This document shows positions 1 to 8,875 of a DNA stretch of 64,000 bases, in pieces. A model generated the notes under the pieces. That model had not been told where the DNA came from and ran no database searches. It saw only the letters and a program-made list of their open reading frames with translations. The DNA lies in the NCBI GenBank assembly GCA_031278605.1, contig JAITKB010000067.1:4887-68886 (forward strand). Reading direction: 5' to 3'. The stretch comes from Tannerellaceae bacterium (GTDB lineage: Bacteria; Bacteroidota; Bacteroidia; Bacteroidales; Tannerellaceae). Both the position numbers and the translations under genes were made by a program. Within the stretch, counting starts at the first letter, position 1; every line of letters starts with the position of its first letter.

Positions 1-3000
1 TTGCTGCGGATGTCGGCCTTTATGCTGTTGAAGGCGATGCTTTTCATGATAGACCGCTCACGCGCAAAACGGAGGATGGAATCCTTCTCGGCACGGGTCG
101 TCACGGCCTCTATCGCATCCTTGAGTTCAATGTCCTTATCCAAGGGGTTGTATTGCGGGTCTATGATTTCCTTTGAATAAGCATAATACACGGGAATACT
201 TATCCGGGCTTTTTCAGGGAAAAGTTTCCCAAGCTCCAGGTTGGCCGCCAGGCTGTACTGCTTGTAATCGTCCAGCCGACGCTCGTTGACGGACTGATCC
301 AACCCCCCGAACCCCACGGTCTCTATCCGCCCGCCCAGGTTCACGGAACCCAGATCCGAGAGGGCGATATTCAGATTACCATTGGCCGCCCAGCCGCCGT
401 TTTCGCTAAAGTCGGTCAGCCGCAACTCATTCACCCAGACCTCGGCGCTCTTGACCTGCGTGGAGTTGTTCCGCACCCCGATCATGATAATCTTCACCTC
501 CGACAGGCTCGGATTCCCCACCACGCTGATCGTATTTTTCGTATGATCCGGGTCGTATTCGGAGTATACCGTATGGAAAGCTACGCCGCCCTGCCCCGCT
601 TGTTGGTTGCGGTTGCGGCTCAGCTTGAGATCGGTAAGCACCTCAAAGCGGAAGTCCATCTTGTTGTCGTCCGGCCATACGACATCGGAAGAAAGATAGG
701 TGCCGTAATCATTCCGGTGGGGCGTCAGCCGAAGCGGTACCTCGTATTCGTAGTAGTTATTACGGTAGTCCGACCCCAGGCGGATGAATACCGAGAGATC
801 GTCGTTGGAAAGGCCCGTGAGATCGTCGATCAACGCCTCTGCATGTACAAAAAGCTGCATTCGCTTATACTGCCGCAAATCATAAGAGGTATTCTTATAC
901 ACGGCACGGGCGTCCTGCGAGGCCAGGTTGGTTATTTTCAGGGAAAGCGACTGCTCGTTCTGCTGGATAATCTGCGGCTGGCCGGGATCTACCATGCGGG
1001 TTACTCCCGGAGGCAATACGTAATTGACCGGGGTACGGTTGGCATTCTCCTCCATATTCACCGACGATACATCCAGCGTCCCCCCGGCGGCAGGCAGCAT
1101 GGAAGGATTCGACAAATCCTGCGTATAAGCCCGCCATTCGCCGCGCACCAACTCAAAAGTGGCAAAACGCAGGATGGTAGTATCCCGAAATCCCGTCATA
1201 TACAGGCGCATGAAACGAATGGTCTTGAAGTCGCGGATGGAACCGACGGCCTGCGTGTATTGCTTTACGGGTATCTTAAACTGATACCAGTCGACGCTTT
1301 CCGTCGCTCCGTTCTCCAGGTTCACCCTGGCCGAGCGTTTGCCCACAATGAAGTTCGACCCCACGGTCAGGTCTTGCGGACGAAGGGATATCTTATACTG
1401 GAAGTAACGCTCGTTTTCATTCATGGTGTTGTCCTGGTTGAAATCTTCCACATCCGGCGTGGTGCGCGAGGAAGCATTGTAACTCTGGCTCTCGGCCGCG
1501 GCGCTGTTGCCCTCCGTCCCGTTATAATACTTATAGCGGTCGAGAATCCCTACTTCGTCGCGGTCGAGATCGGCCCCCCGATAATGGCGGAAATTATCGC
1601 CCGCCGGGTCGCGCAGGAAAGGTTCGAGGATTTCGGGTTGGAGTTTGTCCTGCAACTTCAGCAAATAATCGCTATAAGCGGGGAAGTTCTGTTCCTCCCC
1701 GGAAGAAAGCCCGTTGAAACCTACGTCCTGAAGCTGACGCGCCCCTGCCGTATTATCAAAGGCATAAACCGTACTTTGTCCACGAGGCACCTTGCCCCAA
1801 ACGGTATAGTCGACCTTGGTCGTATCCCCGTCAATGGGCAGTCCGTTCTCAAAGAATTTCTTTTCATCCTTCAATACATCCTCCGATATTTCCCCAAGGT
1901 TAAAGAACAAGTCACCCCCGGCAGCGTTGGGCTTGTAGATGTAAGGGTCGAGCATCCAGAACTCAATGTATTCGATGTTGGCGGTCTCAAAGTCGCTTTG
2001 GTCTATCTTCCGCATCATCCCTCCCCAGCGTTTTTCCGGGTTGAGGAGCGTTCCATCGGAGGCGATCCCGTCGGCGTCCAGGTTATACGGCCCCCGGGTA
2101 TTGGGGTAGAAAGCAAGGTTCAGCACCGGCAATACATTCCCCTCGTTGTAGGCAAGTTCCTGATCGGGGAACAACTCGTCCACCCGTACGGCACGCACGT
2201 AATGATTCGAGAGCTGCTCCTTATCCCTCTTGATATGCGTCGGCGCCAAGGTGGAATTGGGACGCGTAAAAATACCGTCAATATAGTACCAGGCCAGCAA
2301 CGCCCGGTTTTTGCCATAGTCGAGATGATTCACCAGCGTCGCTTCGGGGAAGGAAGCCTCGGCCGTTGTTTCCACCGGCACGGAAGCCAGGTTCCAGGGA
2401 TAAGGATTCAGCAGGTCGTATCCGCTCTGGGTCGATTCAAAGTCGTCGATATAGGAATACTGCCCGGTGTACTTATTCTCGTAATGCCCGGCTATGAGGT
2501 GGGCAAATTCGGCATTGAAAGAAATCCGGCTGGGAGCGGTAAGGGTAAGCAGGGGCAGTTTATCCAACATATTGGTGAGCCATTGCGTCTCCGTTTTATA
2601 GGACGTATTCAACCCCCACAGGGTGTTGCGGATGGACTCTTCGCCAAAGGCGGTCTTGGTCGTAAGCGGCATTTCTGACAAATGCATCAGGGTACCTCCC
2701 AGGCTAAAGTCTTTATTCACCTGATAATTCAGGTCCACCCCCATCATTGTTTTCCGCTGCATACTGTAAAGCGATTGGTTCTCCAGGCTTACACTTATGG
2801 GCGTACCCCCGGCAATGATACCCTCGTTGAGGATTGTAACAATACCCGAAGCATAGTCGACGATGTAATCGACATTCTCGGCAAGCGTTTGGCCCCCGGC
2901 CGTAACCCTGACCGATCCGCGTGCTACGTTGGCGGCGGCAAGTTGTATCTCCGAGCCGGACGAGGCCATGTACTCACCCCGCAGGATAAATTTATTTTTC

Positions 3001-4922
3001 TCGGCAATCTGGCGGGCTATCGTAAGCGTGGAATCATAAAGTTCCTGATAAACGTACTTCCGGGCAACCGCCGCATTTCCTATTTTCTTCTGCAGATGCG
3101 AACCGAAAGGTTCCACCACCGGGAAGATGACCCGTCCGTTATCGGGCAACACCGTGACGCCCTCCACAAAGTCGAAAAAGCCGTCGGGATAAGGCTCGTT
3201 CTTCGAGTCGAGCCGGTCTGTGCTCATTACCTTGAGCAGGATTTGGTCTTTCACATCGCCTTCCGGCAGATAATTAATATACGTACCCGTGGTATCACTC
3301 CGGTAGAGAATGTCGAGGCGGAATTTATCTTTCCGTAGGGAGTAGGCGTCCAGGGAATAGATATTTTTCATCATCAGATCCCAGAACATCCTCTCGGGAG
3401 ACATGGAGGTGCCCTTCAGCAGTTTCACATAGAGCGTCTGCGTGGTTGCGTTGGTATTATCGGTAGAGAACTCCCCCACCTGATAGGCCGTTCCGTTGTA
3501 TTGAAAATCAAAAGCCACGGCCAGCACCTCATCGGCTTGCAACTGCATATTGAGTGAGATATAACCTAACTGACGGTTGATTTTGTATTCCGATTCCGTA
3601 AGCAGGCGGGCGCTTTCTATCTTTTCGTAATCCCGGCTCCCTTCCAGGATGCCGCCCAGCACCTGATTGACCCGGCTGCTTTCGCGTGCCCCGGAGAGTT
3701 CGTCGAGAAGCCGGCGGTAGAGCGTATTGGCGTTGTTGTAGGGGATATGCAGCGAACCTTCGGGGCGAACCTGGGTGGTATTGCCTATCGCGTTGTATTC
3801 CCCCAGGTCGGCAAAGGCTACGATATTTCGAGCCTGGTCGAAGTTGCTGCGTTTGTTGGTTATCCACACTTCCACACGGTTGATGCTTACTGCCGAACGG
3901 ATATATGGCAGTTGCTCGAGGGCATAGTCGTAATTGTCGCGGAAATAATGACCGAGGAAAAAGTGTCGGTTCTCGTCGTATTGATCTACGGGTAATTCAA
4001 AGGGTTTGGTCTGCACGCCACCCCTGGAATTCACCGTTTGCGACTGCGATTCCTGTTGAGCCAGCAGCGCATTGATGCGTAATTTGCCGAATTGCAAATC
4101 GGCTTTGACACCCATCAGCGCCGCCCCTCCGTTAATCAGGGAATTGTGGGTATTCATGCTGACGTTACCGGCCTCTATGGATTTAATGATTTCGTCTTCT
4201 TCTCCGTCGTAAGCAAGCCGCAGCCGTTTGGAGTCAAAGTCGAATGAGGTTTCGGTATTATAATTCATGCCGAAGTTGACCTTCGTTCCCACGCTGGCCT
4301 GTACGTTAAGCTGAATATCCTGGTCGAAGTTGAAGAACGTACGGTTGCGCGACCGCACCGGCAGCGAAGGGTTCTCGGTTTTATTCTGCTTCAGTCCGAG
4401 TTTAATATCGGCCGATCCCTGTGGCCGCACCCGGACTCCCCCTTTGCCGAATATCCTGTCGGCAGGCCCGATGTCGAATTGCATATCCATGATATTAAAT
4501 TCCGTGTTCTCCGCATTGCGAAATTCCTCTTCGTTCTTTTGCCGGAAGTAAGAGCGCATGGACTGCCGCATAGTATACTTCTGGTATTCTTCGGGGGTGA
4601 GCATCATGGGCGTGCCTATTTCCGTATCCCCTATGCGTGTGCGGATGATATAGGTACCTGTGCGCAGGTCGTATTCTATGGATGTTTTCACGTTTTCCGG
4701 GTCGCGCAAATCGGCAGGCGGTTGCATCAACACATCCCGGCGGTATTCCTCCGGGATGGTTTTCGACACGGGAAAACGCGAGGGCAACGTATCTTCTTCC
4801 TGCTTCAGGATTTCGTTCAATGCCGGCACAAACGCTGCCGGGCGGTAGGCATAGAGAGAAAAGAATCCGGCGATAAGCAATGCCACCGCCGGTATCAGGA
4901 CATATTTACGTTTTCCTTTCAT
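1..4922 (-). CDS. sprA: Cell-surface protein SprA/Sov (type IX secretion translocon), 5' part; runs off the left edge
   Basis: Not in the ORF track because there is no stop in the window. ATG at 4922 (MKGKRKYVLIPAVA...) abuts the ruvA stop. Minus-strand translation shows SprA motifs: RVRPQGSADIKLG, FDFDSKRLRLAYDGEEDEIIKSIEAGNVS, EVWVNELRLTDFSENGGWAA. Confidence 0.92.
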   Translation of the reverse strand, partial: MKGKRKYVLIPAVALLIAGFFSLYAYRPAAFVPALNEILKQEEDTLPSRFPVSKTIPEEYRRDVLMQPPADLRDPENVKTSIEYDLRTGTYIIRTRIGDTEIGTPMMLTPEEYQKYTMRQSMRSYFRQKNEEEFRNAENTEFNIMDMQFDIGPADRIFGKGGVRVRPQGSADIKLGLKQNKTENPSLPVRSRNRTFFNFDQDIQLNVQASVGTKVNFGMNYNTETSFDFDSKRLRLAYDGEEDEIIKSIEAGNVSMNTHNSLINGGAALMGVKADLQFGKLRINALLAQQESQSQTVNSRGGVQTKPFELPVDQYDENRHFFLGHYFRDNYDYALEQLPYIRSAVSINRVEVWITNKRSNFDQARNIVAFADLGEYNAIGNTTQVRPEGSLHIPYNNANTLYRRLLDELSGARESSRVNQVLGGILEGSRDYEKIESARLLTESEYKINRQLGYISLNMQLQADEVLAVAFDFQYNGTAYQVGEFSTDNTNATTQTLYVKLLKGTSMSPERMFWDLMMKNIYSLDAYSLRKDKFRLDILYRSDTTGTYINYLPEGDVKDQILLKVMSTDRLDSKNEPYPDGFFDFVEGVTVLPDNGRVIFPVVEPFGSHLQKKIGNAAVARKYVYQELYDSTLTIARQIAEKNKFILRGEYMASSGSEIQLAAANVARGSVRVTAGGQTLAENVDYIVDYASGIVTILNEGIIAGGTPISVSLENQSLYSMQRKTMMGVDLNYQVNKDFSLGGTLMHLSEMPLTTKTAFGEESIRNTLWGLNTSYKTETQWLTNMLDKLPLLTLTAPSRISFNAEFAHLIAGHYENKYTGQYSYIDDFESTQSGYDLLNPYPWNLASVPVETTAEASFPEATLVNHLDYGKNRALLAWYYIDGIFTRPNSTLAPTHIKRDKEQLSNHYVRAVRVDELFPDQELAYNEGNVLPVLNLAFYPNTRGPYNLDADGIASDGTLLNPEKRWGGMMRKIDQSDFETANIEYIEFWMLDPYIYKPNAAGGDLFFNLGEISEDVLKDEKKFFENGLPIDGDTTKVDYTVWGKVPRGQSTVYAFDNTAGARQLQDVGFNGLSSGEEQNFPAYSDYLLKLQDKLQPEILEPFLRDPAGDNFRHYRGADLDRDEVGILDRYKYYNGTEGNSAAAESQSYNASSRTTPDVEDFNQDNTMNENERYFQYKISLRPQDLTVGSNFIVGKRSARVNLENGATESVDWYQFKIPVKQYTQAVGSIRDFKTIRFMRLYMTGFRDTTILRFATFELVRGEWRAYTQDLSNPSMLPAAGGTLDVSSVNMEENANRTPVNYVLPPGVTRMVDPGQPQIIQQNEQSLSLKITNLASQDARAVYKNTSYDLRQYKRMQLFVHAEALIDDLTGLSNDDLSVFIRLGSDYRNNYYEYEVPLRLTPHRNDYGTYLSSDVVWPDDNKMDFRFEVLTDLKLSRNRNQQAGQGGVAFHTVYSEYDPDHTKNTISVVGNPSLSEVKIIMIGVRNNSTQVKSAEVWVNELRLTDFSENGGWAANGNLNIALSDLGSVNLGGRIETVGFGGLDQSVNERRLDDYKQYSLAANLELGKLFPEKARISIPVYYAYSKEIIDPQYNPLDKDIELKDAIEAVTTRAEKDSILRFARERSIMKSIAFNSIKADIRS

Positions 4923-5516
4923 TCAAAGCATTCTCAGCGCGCTCTTGATCACCTGTTCGACAGGCAATGCCGGCGAGCTTTTCAGGATAGAGACAACCAC
5001 TTTTTGCGAGGCGCTTTTCTGGTATCCCAACATGACCAGTGCGGCAACGGCTTCTTCCACCACGTTTGCGTTGCCCATGGCAGTCGCTCCTGTGAGGGTT
5101 ACGGTAGGCGATTCCGGCAGTTTTACCTTGTTCTTCAGATCTATCAGGATGCGTTGCGCTGTTTTGAGGCCGATACCTTTCACTACGGTAAGCGCCGTTT
5201 CGTTTTGCGAAGATATAATCCGCACCAGTTCCAAAGGCGGATAAGACGACAGAATGGTGCGTGCCGTATTAGGCCCTACGCCCGATACGCTGATGAGTTG
5301 CAGAAACAATTCCCGTTCTTCCTTCGAGGAAAAGCCATAAAGCAGGTGAGCATCTTCACGAATCACCTCGTGTATGAATAATTTCCCTTGTCGTTCGCCG
5401 TTGCAGGCGCTATAGGTATGGAGCGAGATATTCAGTTCGTAACCAACTCCCGCACACTCCAGCACCATACGTGCCGGAGCGAGTTCTGCTATCTCTCCTT
5501 TTATATATTCTATCAT
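4923..5516 (-). CDS. ruvA: Holliday junction branch migration protein RuvA
   Basis: MIEYIKG start, GVGYE, REDAHLLYGF, helix-hairpin-helix motifs VSGVGP and VKGIGLKTAQRI, C-terminal ALVMLGY. Confidence 0.97.
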   Translation of the reverse strand: MIEYIKGEIAELAPARMVLECAGVGYELNISLHTYSACNGERQGKLFIHEVIREDAHLLYGFSSKEERELFLQLISVSGVGPNTARTILSSYPPLELVRIISSQNETALTVVKGIGLKTAQRILIDLKNKVKLPESPTVTLTGATAMGNANVVEEAVAALVMLGYQKSASQKVVVSILKSSPALPVEQVIKSALRML

Positions 5517-5613
5517 GCTTCTAATAACGAGAAAGGAAGGCTATTTATTATTTGCCTTTCCCGAAGTTTGGCTCCTTGGCCGATGCCCGGCAGAGGCAAA
5601 CCGCCGGACGAAG

Positions 5614-6711
5614 TTATCCGGGTCTTTTTTCTCCGAGAAAGCTGTCCAACATGCGTTTGGCAGCTACAAAGGAACTGATTTCACTGCTCAATACCTGTCG
5701 TTCGGTTTCTTCCCGCACGGCAACGACGGCAGGGTGGTTGTAGAAGGCGTTTCGTAAGGCTTCGTTAATGCTTTCGTACATCCAGTATTTGGATTGTTCG
5801 TTTCGTTTGTGGTGGAAATATCCGCTATCCTTGGTGTAGGCGGTAAATTCGCCGATCATATCCCAGATCTCGCGGATGCCAAGTTTGTAATAGCCCGAAT
5901 AGGTTAACACCTTCGGCGCCCATCCCGACTCGGCCGGCGGGAAGAGGTGGAGGGCGTTACGAAACTGCGAGGCGGCCAGGCGGGCTTTTTCCAGGTTATC
6001 TCCATCGGCTTTATTGATAATAATCCCGTCGGCCATCTCCATTATACCTCGTTTGATGCCTTGCAATTCATCGCCTGTTCCGGCCAGTTGGATGAGCAGG
6101 AAAAAGTCTACCATCGAATGAACTGCCGTTTCGCTTTGCCCTACTCCTACGGTTTCTACAAAGACCGTATCGAATCCGGCCGCTTCGCAAAGGATAATTG
6201 TTTCTCTGGTTTTACGCGCCACACCTCCCAGCGATCCTGCGGCAGGCGAAGGACGTATGAACGCATTTTTCTCGCGCGAAAGTTCTTCCATACGGGTTTT
6301 ATCTCCCAGTATACTGCCTTTGGAACGCTCGCTGCTGGGGTCGATAGCCAACACGGCCAGTTTGCGTCCTTTGCCGAGAAGATACATCCCGAAGGCGTCG
6401 ATGGAGGTGCTTTTGCCGGCTCCGGGAACGCCCGTAATTCCTATGCGGACGGAGTTTCCGGCATGGGGCAGACACTTCTCGATAATTTCCTGCGCGAGTT
6501 GCAGATGTTCCTGTTTGGAACTTTCCACCAAAGTCACCGCCTGGCTGAGGATGGTAATGTTCCCCTGCAATATTCCTTCCACGAATTCGGAGGGGGTGTA
6601 TTCTTTGCGTGGAAGTCGTTTCTTCAGGTAAGGATTTACGTTCGGGACGGCGGATACGCCTTTGTTCACCTTCAAACCTTTGTAGTGTTCGTCGTTTTCG
6701 GGATGTTCCAT
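5614..6711 (-). CDS. meaB: Methylmalonyl-CoA mutase-associated GTPase MeaB/ArgK
   Basis: GITGVPGAGKST P-loop, AIDPSS, GDKTRM, ETVGVGQSE, GDELQGIKRG, NKAD. Confidence 0.95.
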   Translation of the reverse strand: MEHPENDEHYKGLKVNKGVSAVPNVNPYLKKRLPRKEYTPSEFVEGILQGNITILSQAVTLVESSKQEHLQLAQEIIEKCLPHAGNSVRIGITGVPGAGKSTSIDAFGMYLLGKGRKLAVLAIDPSSERSKGSILGDKTRMEELSREKNAFIRPSPAAGSLGGVARKTRETIILCEAAGFDTVFVETVGVGQSETAVHSMVDFFLLIQLAGTGDELQGIKRGIMEMADGIIINKADGDNLEKARLAASQFRNALHLFPPAESGWAPKVLTYSGYYKLGIREIWDMIGEFTAYTKDSGYFHHKRNEQSKYWMYESINEALRNAFYNHPAVVAVREETERQVLSSEISSFVAAKRMLDSFLGEKRPG

Positions 6712-6719
6712 AGTTTAGT

Positions 6720-7844
6720 TTATCTTTCGGCAGTTACTTTTATCAGTCGTACCGGTCCGTTCGGGTCGTTGCATACGATGTGGATAAAAGTTTCCATTTT
6801 GGCTTTGATGTCTTTGGGGCGCAGGCTCACTTTGTAGGTTGAGGAGGCGCCCGGTTTCAATTCTTTTTTTCCGCCGGAGACGTCTATCCATTCATTATCA
6901 CAGGTCACGCTGTAAAGAAGCAGGGGCGACCGACCGGCATTGGTGATGGTGAAGCTTTCCGATTCCTTGCCTCCCAAGCCTGTAAAAGAGATGATGCTTC
7001 CGCTTTTGGCAGGCAATTTACCGAAGTCCAAAGACGTGAGCGAGAATTGGGCCAGGGGCGCTTTGGCTTTCCCGGCGGCCGACAAGCGGTTGAAGTTGTC
7101 TATTATGTTTGCGGCAACGTGAAGGGGGCCTTCCCAGTATTTCTTTTCCGCATGTTCAATCCTTAGGGAAAGGAGCGTCTGTATACGTCCCATTTTTTTA
7201 ACCTTGTCGCTATGGAACAGGATGGATATTTCTCCGGTTTCTTCCGCCTTCAGCGTATCGGGTGTGACGGTTAGCGTGAGATAATCCACTTTGGGGAGGT
7301 GTATTTTCAGCGGCATTTTCCCTTCGTTTTTTATTTGGATGATTTCTTCCGGGGATTCGCCCGGATAGATGCGGTTGTATTGTATGGTTTTTGTTTGGAG
7401 TTTCAATTCTCCGATGCTGTAAGGATAGGTTATTGCGGGTTGTTCCGTTGTGCGGTTTTTCACGGTTCCTTTAATGTACAGGATAAAGCGTTCGTTTCCG
7501 GCGTTGCTGTGTATGGCTATACTTTTATAGAAAGGTCCGGGGCGTCCTTTGGGGTTGTAACTGACTTTCACTTCTCCCGTACTTCCCGGGGCGACGGGTT
7601 CTTTCCGCCATTCCGGCTGCATACATCCGCAGGAGGCGGTGATGCGATGGATTACCAGGGGGGCGGCGCCGGTATTTTTGATTATGAAACGATACGTTGC
7701 CAAACCTTCGGCTTCGGCAATGAAGCCGAAGTCGTAGGTTTGGATCTCCGAAGTGATGGTTGCGCTTTTTTGTGCGTAAGTAAAACTGCCGATAAGCAGC
7801 AGGACAACCGGGAGAAGTACCCTTAGATTAATTGACTTCACCAC
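6720..7844 (-). CDS. DUF1573 multi-domain exported protein
   Basis: Signal-like N-terminus, YDFG...ASCGC...W.KEPVAPG DUF1573 motif, further Ig-like repeats. The start codon is uncertain (GTG). Confidence 0.8.
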   Translation of the reverse strand: MVKSINLRVLLPVVLLLIGSFTYAQKSATITSEIQTYDFGFIAEAEGLATYRFIIKNTGAAPLVIHRITASCGCMQPEWRKEPVAPGSTGEVKVSYNPKGRPGPFYKSIAIHSNAGNERFILYIKGTVKNRTTEQPAITYPYSIGELKLQTKTIQYNRIYPGESPEEIIQIKNEGKMPLKIHLPKVDYLTLTVTPDTLKAEETGEISILFHSDKVKKMGRIQTLLSLRIEHAEKKYWEGPLHVAANIIDNFNRLSAAGKAKAPLAQFSLTSLDFGKLPAKSGSIISFTGLGGKESESFTITNAGRSPLLLYSVTCDNEWIDVSGGKKELKPGASSTYKVSLRPKDIKAKMETFIHIVCNDPNGPVRLIKVTAER

Positions 7845-8214
7845 GGATTGTGATCACCTGGCTTCCTTTTTTGCCATTACTGTATATGGATACGGTTTTG
7901 GCAAACGCTCCCGGGCGTCCTTGCGGGTCGTAGGTAACGAGTATTTCGCCGGTTTTTCCCGGGGCGATGGGTTCTTTTGTCCATTCGGGCGTAGTACATC
8001 CGCAGGAGGCGATCACACGTGTAATAACCAAAGGCTGTCGGCCGTCGTTCTTTACGAGAAAAGTATGCGAAACCTTTCCGCCGTTTTCTTTTATTTTACC
8101 GAAGTCGTAGGATTCTTCACCTACGGAGAGGGAGGCGGCTTCGTCGTCTGTTTGCGCCAGGGCTACGTTTGTTGATAACAGGATAGCCGTAAGAAAGAAA
8201 ATAATCTGTTTCAT
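7828..8214 (-). CDS. DUF1573 domain-containing protein
   Basis: Signal peptide, YDFGKI, ASCGCTTPEWTKEPIAPG, GRPGAF. Confidence 0.88.
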   Translation of the reverse strand: MKQIIFFLTAILLSTNVALAQTDDEAASLSVGEESYDFGKIKENGGKVSHTFLVKNDGRQPLVITRVIASCGCTTPEWTKEPIAPGKTGEILVTYDPQGRPGAFAKTVSIYSNGKKGSQVITIRGEVN

Positions 8215-8262
8215 TTTGTGTATAATTAAAAAATTTAAGTGTTTCTTCTATCAAGTGTGCTA

Positions 8263-8270
8263 CAAAGTTA
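8263..8270 (-). promoter_or_regulatory. Bacteroidetes -7 promoter element TAACTTTG for the DUF1573-meaB operon
   Basis: Plus strand caaagtta at 8263-8270 matches TAnnTTTG on the minus strand, about 50 nt upstream of the ATG at 8214. Confidence 0.7.
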
Positions 8271-8337
8271 ATACATATTTACTAGGTACGGGCAAGCAGC
8301 GCTCCAATTTTCAGAGCAACTGCATCGTTATGGATCG

Positions 8338-8863
8338 GGATTGGGGCCGGAAAAATTTCCGGGGCCCAATTTCCATTTTGGAATGGGGCTGGAAATTTTT
8401 CTCCAGCCCAATTTCCATTTTGGAATTGGGGTAGAAATTTTTCTCCAGCCCAATTTCCATTTGGGAATTGGGGTAGAATTTTTTTTCCAGCCCAATTCCC
8501 ATTTGGGAATTGGGGTAAAATTTTTTCTCCAGCCCAATTTCCATTTGGAAATGGGGGTAGAATTTTTTCTCCAGCCCAATTTCCATTTGGGAATGGGGTG
8601 AAAAAAAATTTCCAGCCCAATTTCCATTTTGGAATGGAGGTAGAATTTTTTTTCCAGCCCAATTCCCATTTGGAATGGGGGTAAAATTTTTTCTCCAGCC
8701 CAATTCCCATTTGGAATTGGGGTAAAAAAATTTCTCCAGCCCAATTTCCATTTTGGAATTGGGGTAAAAATTTTTCTCCAGCCCAATTTCCAAATGGAAA
8801 TGGAGGTAAAAAAAAAAATTCCAGCCCAATTTCCAAATGGAAATGGAGCCGGAAATTTTTCTG
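8338..8863. repeat. Array A: about 12 tandem 41-43 bp units of two alternating palindromes
   Basis: Unit CCAGCCCAATTTCCATTTTGGAATTGGGGTAGAAATTTTTCT. The CCAGCCCAAT anchor starts at 8403, 8445, 8487, 8529, 8571, 8612, 8654, 8695, 8736, 8778 and 8821. Confidence 0.95.
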
Positions 8864-8875
8864 ACACAGGAATTT

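Noticed and set aside
543-3338. Long plus-strand ORFs (711 aa and 218 aa)
   Set aside because: They are antisense shadows of sprA, which occupies the minus strand and has clear family motifs.
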